From Candidatus Xenobia bacterium (GTDB taxonomy: Bacteria > Vulcanimicrobiota > CADAWZ01), in assembly GCA_031551355.1 (NCBI GenBank), contig JAVBNT010000004.1, positions 3,067 through 67,066 on the forward strand: DNA of 64,000 nucleotides, written 5' to 3'. The notes under the pieces are model-generated. The model made no database searches and was not told where the DNA came from. It saw nothing but the letters and a program-made list of their open reading frames with translations. Shown here piece after piece: positions 48,396-57,815 of the stretch (positions are counted from its first letter, which is position 1; each line of letters starts with the position of its first letter). A program made the translations under genes and the position numbers.

Positions 48396-48751
48396 AAAAA
48401 CAAGGTCAGGCAAGACGAGCGGAGCATAGTCTTCTCTCAATGCGGAGCGAGAACCGGAGAGCCAGATGACATATCACCGCAGTTTCCTTATAAAATTAAA
48501 TTTGTTCAAAACAAGGTCAGACGGCGGCGGACGATTGTGCCTTGAGCTAAGCGTAGAAATACTACGCGTGCGAAAGACATCAATCGATCCGACAGCGTAT
48601 CACCGCAGTTTTCCTTACAAAAAATTAAATTTGTTCAAAACAAGGTCAGACGATGGCAGACGATGGCGCATTGAGCTAAGCGTAGAAATACTACGCGTGC
48701 GAGATGTGACAATCGAGCCGACGGCGTATCACCGCAGTTTTCAACAAATTT
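48396..48751 (+). repeat. Tandem array of three structured hairpin units (period 129 bp for units 2-3)
   Basis: AAAACAAGGTCAG...TATCACCGCAGTTT three times; units 2 and 3 share GAGCTAAGCGTAGAAATACTACGCGTGCGA. Confidence 0.85.
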
Positions 48752-48763
48752 AAAAAATGACTA

Positions 48764-48792
48764 TTGCAGAGGAATTAGCTTTGTGCTATAAT
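48764..48792 (+). promoter_or_regulatory. rpmB promoter
   Basis: TTGCAG-17bp-TATAAT with TG extension. Confidence 0.6.
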
Positions 48793-48853
48793 GTTGGAGC
48801 TTTATATTAAGTTATCAAACTGCCCTGACAGGTGGAATTGAGGAGGAATAGAT

Positions 48854-49051
48854 ATGTCGGTTATATGTGAAAACTGCGGCAAAGGACCGTTAAGCGGAAA
48901 TAACGTAAGCCACTCAAACAGAAAAACAAGACGCAGATGGCTTCCAAATCTCCAGAAAGTTACTCTTCAGCTTAGCTCCGGAGTTACAAAAAGCGTAAAA
49001 ATTTGCACAAGATGCCTGAGAACATTCAACAAAAAAGGTATACTTGTATAA
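48854..49051 (+). CDS. rpmB: 50S ribosomal protein L28 (Zn-ribbon form)
   Basis: [35 protein letters not shown]; GAGGAGG RBS. Confidence 0.97.
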   Translation: MSVICENCGKGPLSGNNVSHSNRKTRRRWLPNLQKVTLQLSSGVTKSVKICTRCLRTFNKKGILV

Positions 49052-49071
49052 CAGTTAAAGCCCGGTAAAAT

Positions 49072-49113
49072 AAAAAACTGCCTTGACAAACTAAAGTTTT
49101 CAGGCAGTTTTTT
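49072..49113. terminator. Bidirectional terminator between rpmB and EamA
   Basis: AAAAAACTGCCT...AGGCAGTTTTTT. Confidence 0.7.
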
Positions 49114-49271
49114 ATTTTACCGGACAGGCAGCCAAATCTATGCGGTTCAGACGCAAAGGAAGTGGGATGTCTGCAAATATTGTGGAAAAACTAATGAACG
49201 ACCTGTTTGACCGGGTTAAAAAAAGCAAAATGCAGCCACTAATAAAAAGCCGCATACTCAAAGCAAATTGC

Positions 49272-50168
49272 CTAGGCCTTCCCCACCCTCTCAACCTTGG
49301 CATAATTAACCCCAACCATTACCATGACAATCCCTATAATTTGCAGTAAAGTCATCGGCTCATGCAATATAAGCGCCGCCGCCACCATCACCATTGGTCT
49401 TTGCAGCATATTAAAGATTGATACCCTGGTGGAACCGAGTATATGCAGCGCCGCCAAAAAAGCCACATTAGCCACCGCAGCGGCAAAACCTATCCATGCA
49501 CCGATCTTCCATGCTGCAGCCGGTATAGGCGGTGACCACGGAACAAAAAAAGCGGCAACCACAACCGCGTTGATCCAGAAAATATACAGCGAAACTATTA
49601 CCGGCGTGAATGTTTCCGTCACGCTTTCCATTCTGATCCTGTATACCACCGTACAGGCCATGCTGGCAAGAACGAACAAAATACCGGTGAGATCGGTGTC
49701 TTGAAACCCGAAACTACCGATATTTAAACTCAGCAGCACCCCGGCAAAACAAAGCACAAACCCCAGCCAAAATTTGAGTCCTATCTTTTCCCGGCCTCTG
49801 AACATATTTATAAGCGCTATTATCGAGGGCACTGTCGTTATGAGCGTTAGAAAAACAACTACAGATACACGTCCAAGAGCCAGCAGCGTGAAAAGGTTAT
49901 TGAGCAACAGAAGCACGCTGACGCCGGCAACACTTTTTATTCCGCTCCAGCCAACCCATTTGAATTTTCTGGTGATGGGCAAGATCAGGACAGCAGCCAC
50001 AAGTGTTTTCATAATTAAAAGCTGATACGGCGTTATCGAGACCTGATACCCTATTTTTACAATTATCGGCTCAATCGAAGCGGCAAGCAGTGCTAATATG
50101 GTCCAAAACGCGGCCATTCTATTCAGTGATTCCTTGTTTTTAACTGTCGCTACCGTCATATTTTCCAT
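49272..50168 (-). CDS. EamA/DMT family transporter
   Basis: About 10 hydrophobic segments in two EamA repeats (GREKIG, GSTRVSIF..LQRP, LHEPMT..QIIG); start could be 50174, 50168 or 50159. Confidence 0.9.
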   Translation of the reverse strand: MENMTVATVKNKESLNRMAAFWTILALLAASIEPIIVKIGYQVSITPYQLLIMKTLVAAVLILPITRKFKWVGWSGIKSVAGVSVLLLLNNLFTLLALGRVSVVVFLTLITTVPSIIALINMFRGREKIGLKFWLGFVLCFAGVLLSLNIGSFGFQDTDLTGILFVLASMACTVVYRIRMESVTETFTPVIVSLYIFWINAVVVAAFFVPWSPPIPAAAWKIGAWIGFAAAVANVAFLAALHILGSTRVSIFNMLQRPMVMVAAALILHEPMTLLQIIGIVMVMVGVNYAKVERVGKA

Positions 50169-50172
50169 TCCC

Positions 50173-50302
50173 ATTATTGACACTTAGTGTCAATAATAAA
50201 TTAAAGCCAGGCTTTTGTCAACATTATTTTTGCCTTTATGAAAGCTTATTGACATTTAAAATGAATTGAAATATAATTATCAAAATTGATAGCAAGTCTC
50301 AA
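50173..50302. promoter_or_regulatory. Divergent promoters with two Fur-type operators
   Basis: Plus strand TTGACA(50249)-17-TATAAT(50272), then TTGATAGCAAGTCTCAA (50286-50302). Minus strand TTGACA(50221)-17-TATTAT overlaps the perfect 12-1-12 palindrome ATTATTGACACT-T-AGTGTCAATAAT (50173-50197). Confidence 0.75.
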
Positions 50303-50370
50303 AATAATCCCGGAATGGTTGAATGTGTTAATATCATAAAAAAACAAGACAGGCCTTGTAATTCAATAAT

Positions 50371-50814
50371 GTGAAGATTGTGACTTTAAGAACAATGACC
50401 CCTATACAAAAATTTAATCAATACCTGCATTTAAAAAATCAGCGCTTGACTCCATCGCGCAATAAAATACTGAAAATGCTTTTCAAACGTCACGATCACA
50501 TTTCCCTTGAAGAGCTTCTTGACTGGTCCGCTCAGAATGACATTTCCAGAGCAACCCTATTCAGAACGCTTACCCTGTTGATCGACGCCGGAATGATTGC
50601 CCAAATATTTGACCAAAAGAAACGGGCCCACTACGAGCATATATACGAACACAAAAAACATCATCACCTGGTCTGCCTTAAATGCGACAAAATAATAGAA
50701 ATTGAAGATAATTTTTCAGAAAAAACAGCCGAAGAACTGTGCATAAAAAACAATTTTGAACATCAATACAATATTTTTAAAATTTACGGCATATGCGGCG
50801 ATTGCAAAGCATAG
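50371..50814 (+). CDS. Fur family transcriptional regulator
   Basis: RLTPSR, HISLEEL, ISRATLFRTL, HYE, HHHLVCLKC, YGICGDC; start GTG 50371 or ATG 50395. Confidence 0.93.
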   Translation: MKIVTLRTMTPIQKFNQYLHLKNQRLTPSRNKILKMLFKRHDHISLEELLDWSAQNDISRATLFRTLTLLIDAGMIAQIFDQKKRAHYEHIYEHKKHHHLVCLKCDKIIEIEDNFSEKTAEELCIKNNFEHQYNIFKIYGICGDCKA

Positions 50815-50831
50815 ATTTTTTTAATACAATA

Positions 50832-50848
50832 TTGATACCTGGTCTCAA
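50832..50848. promoter_or_regulatory. Third Fur-type operator, upstream of the opine dehydrogenase RBS
   Basis: TTGATACCTGGTCTCAA, the same TTGAnA-N5-TnTCAA pattern as 50177 and 50286. Confidence 0.65.
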
Positions 50849-50866
50849 AACATCAAGGAGAATAAA

Positions 50867-51937
50867 ATGACTGCAGAAAAAAATGTAGGGATTATTGGTT
50901 CAAGCAATTCGGCATGGGCTCTGTCATGCTATCTGACAGGCATGGGTCATAAAGTCGATATGCTCGTCAGAGGGGAGCAAAAAGCCGCGCAAATACCCAA
51001 AACCATCAATGCTGAAGATAAGATAGAAGGAGCCTTCACGCTCAATTCGGTTAAATACGACACAAAGGATTTTATGGAATCCGTATCAACAATATTTATT
51101 GCTACAGTAACGACGGCGTATCCCGACGTGATAAAAAGACTACTCCCATTTGTATCCGAAAGCCACAATATAATACTTTTCTCCAGCAAACTCGGCGGAG
51201 TCTGCGAAGTTTCGACACTAATAAAAAGAGCCGGCAAAAGGAATATTCCCGTCATAGAAACGGACGCAATCTTTGCCTGCAGAATAAAAAATGAAAATAC
51301 CATACATATAAAAGGATTTAAAAAGTGGAATCTTTATTCATGCGACTCATATACAAACACAATTAGGCATGGTCATATCATAAAGAAATTCTTCCCCTTT
51401 CTGCAGCCGGCAGACAACTTTCTGCAGCGCGGTCTCTCCGATTTTGGAGCAATGAGCCATCCGCTGATAATGATGATCAATATGAATACGGTCGACAGGG
51501 GAGACAAATTTCTATTCTATTATGAAGGCTTCACCCAAAAAACATTCTCCCTTCTTGAAGCGGTAGAAAAGGAACGCAATCTGATTGCCAAAGCATATGG
51601 AACAAGCCTGATAAGCTTAAGAGAGATGCTTGACAAGTATTATTGCTGTCTTAAAGAATCTCTTTACGATACGTTACTAAACGTACCCAACTATAAAAGC
51701 AGTATCTCTCCGGATACTCTCGAGAACAGGTATATCTTCGAAGACGTATCCAATACGCTGGTACCGGCGCATTATATGGCTGAGCTCGCAGGAATAAAGA
51801 TACCGGTTCTTGATTCGATAATCTCACTGTCATCAGTCGTGCTGAACAACGATTTTCTGACAAACGGCAGAACTCTTGAAAAGCTGGGGTTTAGGGGGAT
51901 GTCTAAGGAGCAGATAATTGACCGCATGGCAGGATAA
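50867..51937 (+). CDS. NAD/NADP octopine/nopaline (opine) dehydrogenase family protein
   Basis: N-terminal Rossmann-like VGIIGSSNSA, ETD.IFACR, GAMSHP..MMIN, FLFYYEG, E.VEKER..IA.A.G, RYIFEDV, GRTLEKLG. Confidence 0.87.
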   Translation: MTAEKNVGIIGSSNSAWALSCYLTGMGHKVDMLVRGEQKAAQIPKTINAEDKIEGAFTLNSVKYDTKDFMESVSTIFIATVTTAYPDVIKRLLPFVSESHNIILFSSKLGGVCEVSTLIKRAGKRNIPVIETDAIFACRIKNENTIHIKGFKKWNLYSCDSYTNTIRHGHIIKKFFPFLQPADNFLQRGLSDFGAMSHPLIMMINMNTVDRGDKFLFYYEGFTQKTFSLLEAVEKERNLIAKAYGTSLISLREMLDKYYCCLKESLYDTLLNVPNYKSSISPDTLENRYIFEDVSNTLVPAHYMAELAGIKIPVLDSIISLSSVVLNNDFLTNGRTLEKLGFRGMSKEQIIDRMAG

Positions 51938-51938
51938 T

Positions 51939-51978
51939 AAAAAATGCGGCGTCTCTGAAAACGAGGCGCCGCATTTTT
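51939..51978. terminator. Bidirectional terminator
   Basis: AAAAAATGCGGCGtCTC...GAGGCGCCGCATTTTTT between convergent genes. Confidence 0.8.
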
Positions 51979-52217
51979 TAACTGCTTAAGGCGAATTTGA
52001 CGCTCTCCCTGCCTTCACACTCAATAACGACAGGTATTTCCGACTGTTTGAAATACATATCAGGTTTTACACGCTGACCGTTTACCATCACAAAACCTCT
52101 GGAAATAAGCTGTCTGGCTTCTTTTACAGTCTCAGCAAAGGACGCGGCAATAATCAATTTAACGATCCACAGACCGTCTCCGGGAACTTCATCCCTGAAA
52201 ATAATTGTTTCCTTCAT
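51978..52217 (-). CDS. Stand-alone S4-like RNA-binding domain protein
   Basis: GLWIVKLI..A.FA.T..EARQLISRG.V.VNGQRV; begins 4 bp after the pdp stop. Confidence 0.7.
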   Translation of the reverse strand: MKETIIFRDEVPGDGLWIVKLIIAASFAETVKEARQLISRGFVMVNGQRVKPDMYFKQSEIPVVIECEGRESVKFALSS

Positions 52218-52221
52218 AAAA

Positions 52222-53529
52222 TCAGTTTACCACATCCAAAATCAGCGGCTGAATCCTGACTTCCGACTGTTTAATCTCAAAGCTTTTAAGCAAACGCACG
52301 GAAGCTTCTTCTGCGGAAGCTGCCGAAGAAGCATGAATATCGGCAACTTTCTCTCCCTTTTTGATACGGTCACCGACACGTTTGTACATCACAAGTCCGA
52401 CCGAATAATCAATATCGTCTTCCTTGCGGACTCTTCCTGCGCCAAGATCTCTTGCAATTATACCAAGTTCCAATACATCTATGGAATTAAGATATCCTTC
52501 ATCACCGCAGATGACTTCCTTCACTACTTTGGCCGGGGATAGCAAAGAAAGATCGTCAAGAGCCTTCGATGAAGAGGCCTGGGCTTCGAGAAGCTGCCTC
52601 ATTTTCTCAAGAGCCCTACCGCTCGTGATCATTTCCTCAGCCATCGCAATCGCTTTATCAAGATCTTTCTCCAGTCCCGACATTTGAATAAGGTGGCCGG
52701 ATAAAACAACAGATACTTCACGGAGCGCCGAATCTTTACGCTGCCCCTTAAGGATCTCAAAAACTTCACGCACCTCAAGGGCATTGCCGATATGCGAATT
52801 TAAAGGCTGTCCCATATCGGTGATAACAGCTCTTGTATCCTTACCGGCAAGTTTACCGATACCGACAAGGGCTTTGGCAAGCTCACGGGCTTCTTCAATA
52901 GTTTTCATGAATGCTCCGCCGCCCACCTTGACGTCAAGCAAAATAACGTCGGAACCGGCGGCCAGCTTTTTGGACATAACCGAACCGGCAATCAGCGGTA
53001 TACTGTCTACGGTAGCAGTAACATCCCTGAGGGCATACATTTTTTTATCGGCAGGAGCCAAATCGCCTGTAGGACTAATTACCGCAATACCGATATTTTT
53101 TACCTGCTGTATAAACTCTTCTTCCGAGAGATTAATACGGTAACCGGGAATGGCTTCAAGTTTATCAAGGGTTCCACCTGTATGTGCAAGTCCGCGCCCC
53201 GACATTTTTGCAAAAGGAATACCGGCAGCGGCAACAATAGGCCCAATTAAAAGCGTAGTCGTATCGCCTACTCCGCCGGTGCTGTGTTTGTCAACCTTGA
53301 CTCCTTTTATTGAGGATAGGTCTACCTTATGGCCGGAGTTGGTCATTGCCATCGTAATATCCTTTGTTTCCTCATCGTCCATACCCTTTATAAAAACAGC
53401 CATTAAAAATGCACTCATAAGATAGTCCGGAATATCACCTGAAGCATATCCCAAAACCATATATTCAATTTCCTTTTTACTAAGGCGCAAGCCGTCACGC
53501 TTTTTGATAATAACATCATAAGGCTTCAT
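52222..53529 (-). CDS. pdp: Pyrimidine-nucleoside (thymidine) phosphorylase
   Basis: IIKKRDG, VDKHSTGGVGD, KMSGRGLAHTGGTLDKLE, ADKKMYALRDVT, LDVKVG.GAFMK, LGAGR. Confidence 0.96.
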   Translation of the reverse strand: MKPYDVIIKKRDGLRLSKKEIEYMVLGYASGDIPDYLMSAFLMAVFIKGMDDEETKDITMAMTNSGHKVDLSSIKGVKVDKHSTGGVGDTTTLLIGPIVAAAGIPFAKMSGRGLAHTGGTLDKLEAIPGYRINLSEEEFIQQVKNIGIAVISPTGDLAPADKKMYALRDVTATVDSIPLIAGSVMSKKLAAGSDVILLDVKVGGGAFMKTIEEARELAKALVGIGKLAGKDTRAVITDMGQPLNSHIGNALEVREVFEILKGQRKDSALREVSVVLSGHLIQMSGLEKDLDKAIAMAEEMITSGRALEKMRQLLEAQASSSKALDDLSLLSPAKVVKEVICGDEGYLNSIDVLELGIIARDLGAGRVRKEDDIDYSVGLVMYKRVGDRIKKGEKVADIHASSAASAEEASVRLLKSFEIKQSEVRIQPLILDVVN

Positions 53530-53541
53530 AATAAGTGCCTC

Positions 53542-54372
53542 CTACATTTCCACAACAATATTTTTAACAAGTTTTTTAAAGAAAGGTTTTACTTTCTCCG
53601 CAGCCTCAAGAACTTCTTCATGGTCAGCGGCTTTTCCGGGAATAAAGATGTTTGTAATACACGAAATACCGAGAACCTTCATACCGGCATGCGAGGCAAC
53701 AATCACCTCGGGAACAGTCGACATACCAACGGCATCGCCGCCGAGTCTCTGAAACATACGCAGCTCGGCAGGAGTTTCATAGCTTGGTCCGGTCAGAGCA
53801 ATATAGACGCCTTCACGAAGCTGAATCCCTAATTTCGACGCACACTCTTTCGCCAGTTCTCTGTAGTCAAGCGGATAAGCCGCAGATAAATCAGGAAACC
53901 TCGTGCCGAAATATTCATCGTTTGGTCCGATCAGCGGGTTCGTGCCCATAAAATTTATATGGTCTGAAATAAGCATCAGTTCACCGGGGAAAAAGTAAGG
54001 ATTTATACCGCCGGCAGCATTCGTTACAATAAGGCTTTTAACACCCAGTTCACGCATCACACGCACACAAAATGTAACCTCTTCCATGGTGTAGCCTTCA
54101 TAAAAATGACTGCGGCCTTTCTGGACAATAACAGGTTTCGAACCAAGCATTCCGATCACAAGCGAGCCGGAATGTCCGACTACGGTTGAAAGCGGGAAAT
54201 GCGGGATATCCTTGTATTCCACAGTAACGCCAGACTCGATATCTTCGGCAATAACTCCCAGTCCGGAACCGAGAACAAGACCTATTTCCGGTTTAACAGA
54301 TATTTTTGATTTTATATAATCCGCACTCTCTTTTACTTTTTCTCTTAAACTCAACATAGTATTTAAGCGCAC
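53542..54372 (-). CDS. punA: Purine-nucleoside phosphorylase (trimeric type)
   Basis: LGSGLG, GR.HFYEG, TNAAGG, DHIN, GPSYETPAE, DAVGMSTVPEV, SCITN. Confidence 0.95.
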   Translation of the reverse strand: MRLNTMLSLREKVKESADYIKSKISVKPEIGLVLGSGLGVIAEDIESGVTVEYKDIPHFPLSTVVGHSGSLVIGMLGSKPVIVQKGRSHFYEGYTMEEVTFCVRVMRELGVKSLIVTNAAGGINPYFFPGELMLISDHINFMGTNPLIGPNDEYFGTRFPDLSAAYPLDYRELAKECASKLGIQLREGVYIALTGPSYETPAELRMFQRLGGDAVGMSTVPEVIVASHAGMKVLGISCITNIFIPGKAADHEEVLEAAEKVKPFFKKLVKNIVVEM

Positions 54373-54376
54373 CTCT

Positions 54377-55558
54377 CTATAGTGTTATCTTAATTTTTTC
54401 TGAAAAACTGTCCCCTGCGAGATTTGAAGGAATGGCAAACATATCTAAAATTGTGGCGGAAATATCGGCAAAAGAATTTCTTGTTCCCAGATGCCCGCCG
54501 GCAGTTCCTTTCATATACCACAGAAGCGGAACATGCTCCCTTGTATGATCGGAACCTTTAAAGGTGGGATCGCATCCATGATCAGCCGTTATAATCAGGG
54601 AGTCTCCCTGCTGCATTGCCGCCGTGATGCGGGGAAGAAATGCGTCAAAGGCTTCTATGGCATCGGCATAGCCTCTGGGATCCCGACGATGTCCGTAAAG
54701 CATATCAAAATCTACAAGGTTGGCAAATATGAGGCCTTTACGGGTATCCTCTTTAAGGACACGTTCAATACACTCCATGCCGTCGTGATTATTTGTCGTA
54801 TGATAGGAGTTTGTCAGACCCATATGGCAGAAAATATCTTCTATCTTCCCGATTCCGGTCGACTGCATGCCCGCTCTGCTTATAAGATCGAGCATTGTAT
54901 CACCCGGAGGCGAAAGTGCAAAATCCTTGCGGTGCTCAGTCCGGTAAAAATTGCCTGGAGTGCCCAAAAACGGCCTGGCGATAACACGGCTTACAGGATG
55001 CTCCCCTACAAGTATTTCTCTGGCAATTTCACAGTAGCGGTACAATTCATCAATCGGCACAACTTCTTCATGCGCCGCAATCTGGAATACGCTGTCCGCC
55101 GAAGTATAAACAATCAGTTTACCGGTTTTGACATGTTCCTCACCAAGATCATCAATAATCTTCGTTCCCGAAGCCGGATAATTGCCGATCGTCTGTTTTC
55201 CGGTCTGCTTCTCAAAAGGTTCCATTATTTCAGTTGGAAATCCGTTCGGGTACGTCGGGAAAGCCTTCTCCGTAATAATTCCGGCTATTTCCCAGTGTCC
55301 GGTTGTCGTATCCTTGCCGTTTGATTTTTCCCTTAGACGGGAATAAAAAGCCTTGGGATTTACGGCCGGCTCAACGCCTTTTATCTGATGAATGTTACCT
55401 AATCCCATGGACTGGAGATTAGGAACTTTCAGCCCGCCAACCTCCTGTGAAATATGGCCGATGGTATCGCATCCTGCGTCCCCGTAAAGATGGGCATCAT
55501 CCATTGCTCCGCAGCCCATACTATCCATAACTACTATAAGGGCCCTGTTTAGTTGCAT
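54377..55558 (-). CDS. deoB: Phosphopentomutase
   Basis: VMDSMG.G, GKDTTTGHWE, YTSADSVFQIAAHE, RVIARPF, NLVDFDMLYGHRRD, TADHGCDP, DHTREHVP; ATG at 55558 follows GGAGG. Confidence 0.97.
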   Translation of the reverse strand: MQLNRALIVVMDSMGCGAMDDAHLYGDAGCDTIGHISQEVGGLKVPNLQSMGLGNIHQIKGVEPAVNPKAFYSRLREKSNGKDTTTGHWEIAGIITEKAFPTYPNGFPTEIMEPFEKQTGKQTIGNYPASGTKIIDDLGEEHVKTGKLIVYTSADSVFQIAAHEEVVPIDELYRYCEIAREILVGEHPVSRVIARPFLGTPGNFYRTEHRKDFALSPPGDTMLDLISRAGMQSTGIGKIEDIFCHMGLTNSYHTTNNHDGMECIERVLKEDTRKGLIFANLVDFDMLYGHRRDPRGYADAIEAFDAFLPRITAAMQQGDSLIITADHGCDPTFKGSDHTREHVPLLWYMKGTAGGHLGTRNSFADISATILDMFAIPSNLAGDSFSEKIKITL

Positions 55559-55861
55559 TACGTCCTCCGTGGGTAAAGTTTCCAGGCACACACAACTACT
55601 CCGAATGTTCGGGCAGAACTGCCTGATAAAAATGAATTCCATTAAAATACATAGCGGATATCTTTGATTTTCCGTTTTTTTCAACAGGTATACATCCGCA
55701 AAAACGGAAAAAAACAAAAAATCTCCATAATTCAATTTTCCTTAAAAAAGTAATTTATCCTTTAAAAAATAAACAGCAAAAAATAAGGTAATTTATCCCT
55801 GATTTTAAAGAACGAGTGGTTTATCATGGTTTAAGAAATATAAAACAGCCCGGCGTCTTTT

Positions 55862-56284
55862 CTATAACAGCGCAAAATGGGCACTCTCGATAACGGATTT
55901 CATTTGACATAGGCAAAAAGGGTGTCCGGCGGGGTCAAACAAAACTTTCCAATCATCAGAAAATTGCTCATCCGCGATTGTTGCCCCACAATGAATTGCG
56001 TGTTGAACAGCTTTTTCCAGATCATTAACGGCAAAGTCCAAATGTGCCATTTGCTGTTGCATTTCATGGACATCCGGCCACACGGGCGGTTTATACTCAG
56101 GGTTTCGCTGAAATGTTATACCGGGATATGCTCCATGCTGCATTCCCGGAACACCTACACAGGCATATTCTTCATTAAAAAACACGACTTCCCATTTAAG
56201 CAGCGCCGCATAAAATTTCGCTAATTCATACGGGTCTTTACAATCCAGCGTGAATGAGTACAATTTAATTTTCAGTTCATCCAT
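55862..56284 (-). CDS. VOC/glyoxalase-like family protein
   Basis: LDCKDP..LAKFYAALL.W, ITFQ, QMAHLDFAV, DPAGHPFCL. Confidence 0.9.
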   Translation of the reverse strand: MDELKIKLYSFTLDCKDPYELAKFYAALLKWEVVFFNEEYACVGVPGMQHGAYPGITFQRNPEYKPPVWPDVHEMQQQMAHLDFAVNDLEKAVQHAIHCGATIADEQFSDDWKVLFDPAGHPFCLCQMKSVIESAHFALL

Positions 56285-56347
56285 AACACCAATACCTCTC
56301 TTTGTTATGTCTATATTTTATAGTCGTGACACTTTTATAAAGTCTGC

Positions 56348-56445
56348 TGACTTAGCGGAAAACCACCCCGCCGCTTTGAGGCACCCCTCCAAAGGAGGGG
56401 AATTTATTAAAATATAAATCAATTCAAACCGGTGGGGATGCGAAG
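56348..56445. repeat. ~98-bp dispersed repeat, inverted copy of 40760..40857
   Basis: GCGGAAAACCACCCCGCCGCTTTG..GCACCCC...GGAGGGGAATTT..AAATCAATTCAAACCGGTG. Confidence 0.85.
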
Positions 56446-56478
56446 ATAAATGAAATTTCTCTTCCTTCCTTTAAAAAA

Positions 56479-56600
56479 TAAATCAGGGAAATGGCGGTGG
56501 ATGCTAAGGCTAAAAAATGCGACAAGCGGAGCGTTATCAACTTTACGTGTAGCGAGCATTTTTTTTAGACGACGCAGATTGCCCATTTTCACCTGATTTA
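56479..56600 (+). ncRNA. Structured intergenic repeat element, family A
   Basis: Outer stem TAAATCAGG.AAATGG/CCATTT..CCTGATTTA, CTAAGG, inner stem CTAAAAAATGC/GCATTTTTTTTAG, core CGACAAGCGGAGCGT..TACGT..GCGAGC, CGACGCAG. Confidence 0.55.
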
Positions 56601-57815
56601 AAATTGGAAGAGCATTTGGCCTTTGTTTTTCTCAACCACTCTGCCATACTTACCGCCGCCTCCGCTAGCGAACGCAAGGCGGCCTTCTCTGGCCTTTATA
56701 ATATCGGCGGCAAGCGAAGGTTTTACAACACTGAGCAAATCTTCTTTAGAAGTATTATGGAGAACGGCCATTTCACTGCCGAAAACGTCAATAAGTCTGG
56801 AGATCATAGCTTTTGAAAGACCTTTTACAAATTCAAGCGGAATCTGGTAGTAATACGGCGGCCTTGTTTCCGGACTCACAGGTTCTGTTCTATCGGCGAT
56901 ACAGCAGACACGGTCAAAAACGCCGAGAGTAAAATCGCCGTCTTCGCGGCCGCATTTTTCACATGAAAGGACCGGCGGAGACTGCTCGGAAACAAGGTTG
57001 CATGATTTGCAGTAACTGCGATGATAACGCCCGAGATGCGGATCCATGCCAAAATTAGCACAAATGCGGCGGCCGTCACTCTGCCGCAGTGCCAGCATAA
57101 TTTCTTTGAAGCTCGGTCTCTCCAGCTCAAAAATAGTATACTCTCTGGCTATTTTAGGCAGCGAATGAGCGTCAGAAGACGAAAGGAATGAAAAGACAGC
57201 AAGCTCGGAAAGGCGATCGGCAATTGAAGTATCAGCCGAAAGTCCCAGTTCTATTGCCGGCATTGAATCAATCTGCCGGGGAGTAAAGATATTATAGACA
57301 CTGGACGTCACTCTGCCGTAAATGCTTTTATGCGGAGTAAATACATGGGCAGGGACATGAACTCCGCCGCAGGACGAAATCAGTGAGGAAAGCTCGCTGC
57401 ATGATAATCCTGAAGACTGTGATGACAGTTCAATATTTTTTATATGACGGCCTATAATACGGCTGAACTCCTTTATTTGCCTAAAAAAAGGGAAGTAAGC
57501 AAGATGGTGCGCTACACGTCCGCTTTTTTCAACAGTCTCAACTTCGCTCCCGAGAATGACAAGCAGTCTGTCTTTATGCAAAAAACCTCCGTCCGGAAGC
57601 TCATATAAAAATCCGCATGAGATCAGTTTTTCAATATCGGCAATAACGGATGGAGCCGCACAGTCAACGATTCCCGCAATATCAATACCTTTTCTTAAAA
57701 GACATTCTTCAATAACCGCATCAAACACAAGTTTGCGGGAGGCGGTTATTTTTACCGGACGGCCGGTGGACGAAGCTCCGAGATGAATATGTAAATCCGC
57801 ATAATAGTTATTCAT
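56598..57815 (-). CDS. Endonuclease Q family / TIGR00375 PHP-domain protein
   Basis: YYADLHIH, GSEVET, PAHVFTPHKS.YG, ELGLSAD, SDAHS..KIAREY, LGRYHRSYC..C, GV.DR, RPPY, GGGGKYG. Confidence 0.9.
   Translation of the reverse strand: MNNYYADLHIHLGASSTGRPVKITASRKLVFDAVIEECLLRKGIDIAGIVDCAAPSVIADIEKLISCGFLYELPDGGFLHKDRLLVILGSEVETVEKSGRVAHHLAYFPFFRQIKEFSRIIGRHIKNIELSSQSSGLSCSELSSLISSCGGVHVPAHVFTPHKSIYGRVTSSVYNIFTPRQIDSMPAIELGLSADTSIADRLSELAVFSFLSSSDAHSLPKIAREYTIFELERPSFKEIMLALRQSDGRRICANFGMDPHLGRYHRSYCKSCNLVSEQSPPVLSCEKCGREDGDFTLGVFDRVCCIADRTEPVSPETRPPYYYQIPLEFVKGLSKAMISRLIDVFGSEMAVLHNTSKEDLLSVVKPSLAADIIKAREGRLAFASGGGGKYGRVVEKNKGQMLFQF

Noticed and set aside
48396-48751. Possible CRISPR array
   Set aside because: The units are ~129-bp near-identical hairpins without unique spacers, and no cas genes are in the window
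48466-48753. 95-aa ORF with an internal repeat
   Set aside because: It is a translation of the tandem DNA hairpin repeat, with no RBS or protein motif
54491-55324. 277-aa ORF antisense to deoB (and similar shadow ORFs elsewhere)
   Set aside because: It lies fully opposite a well-conserved gene and has no motifs; antisense artefact
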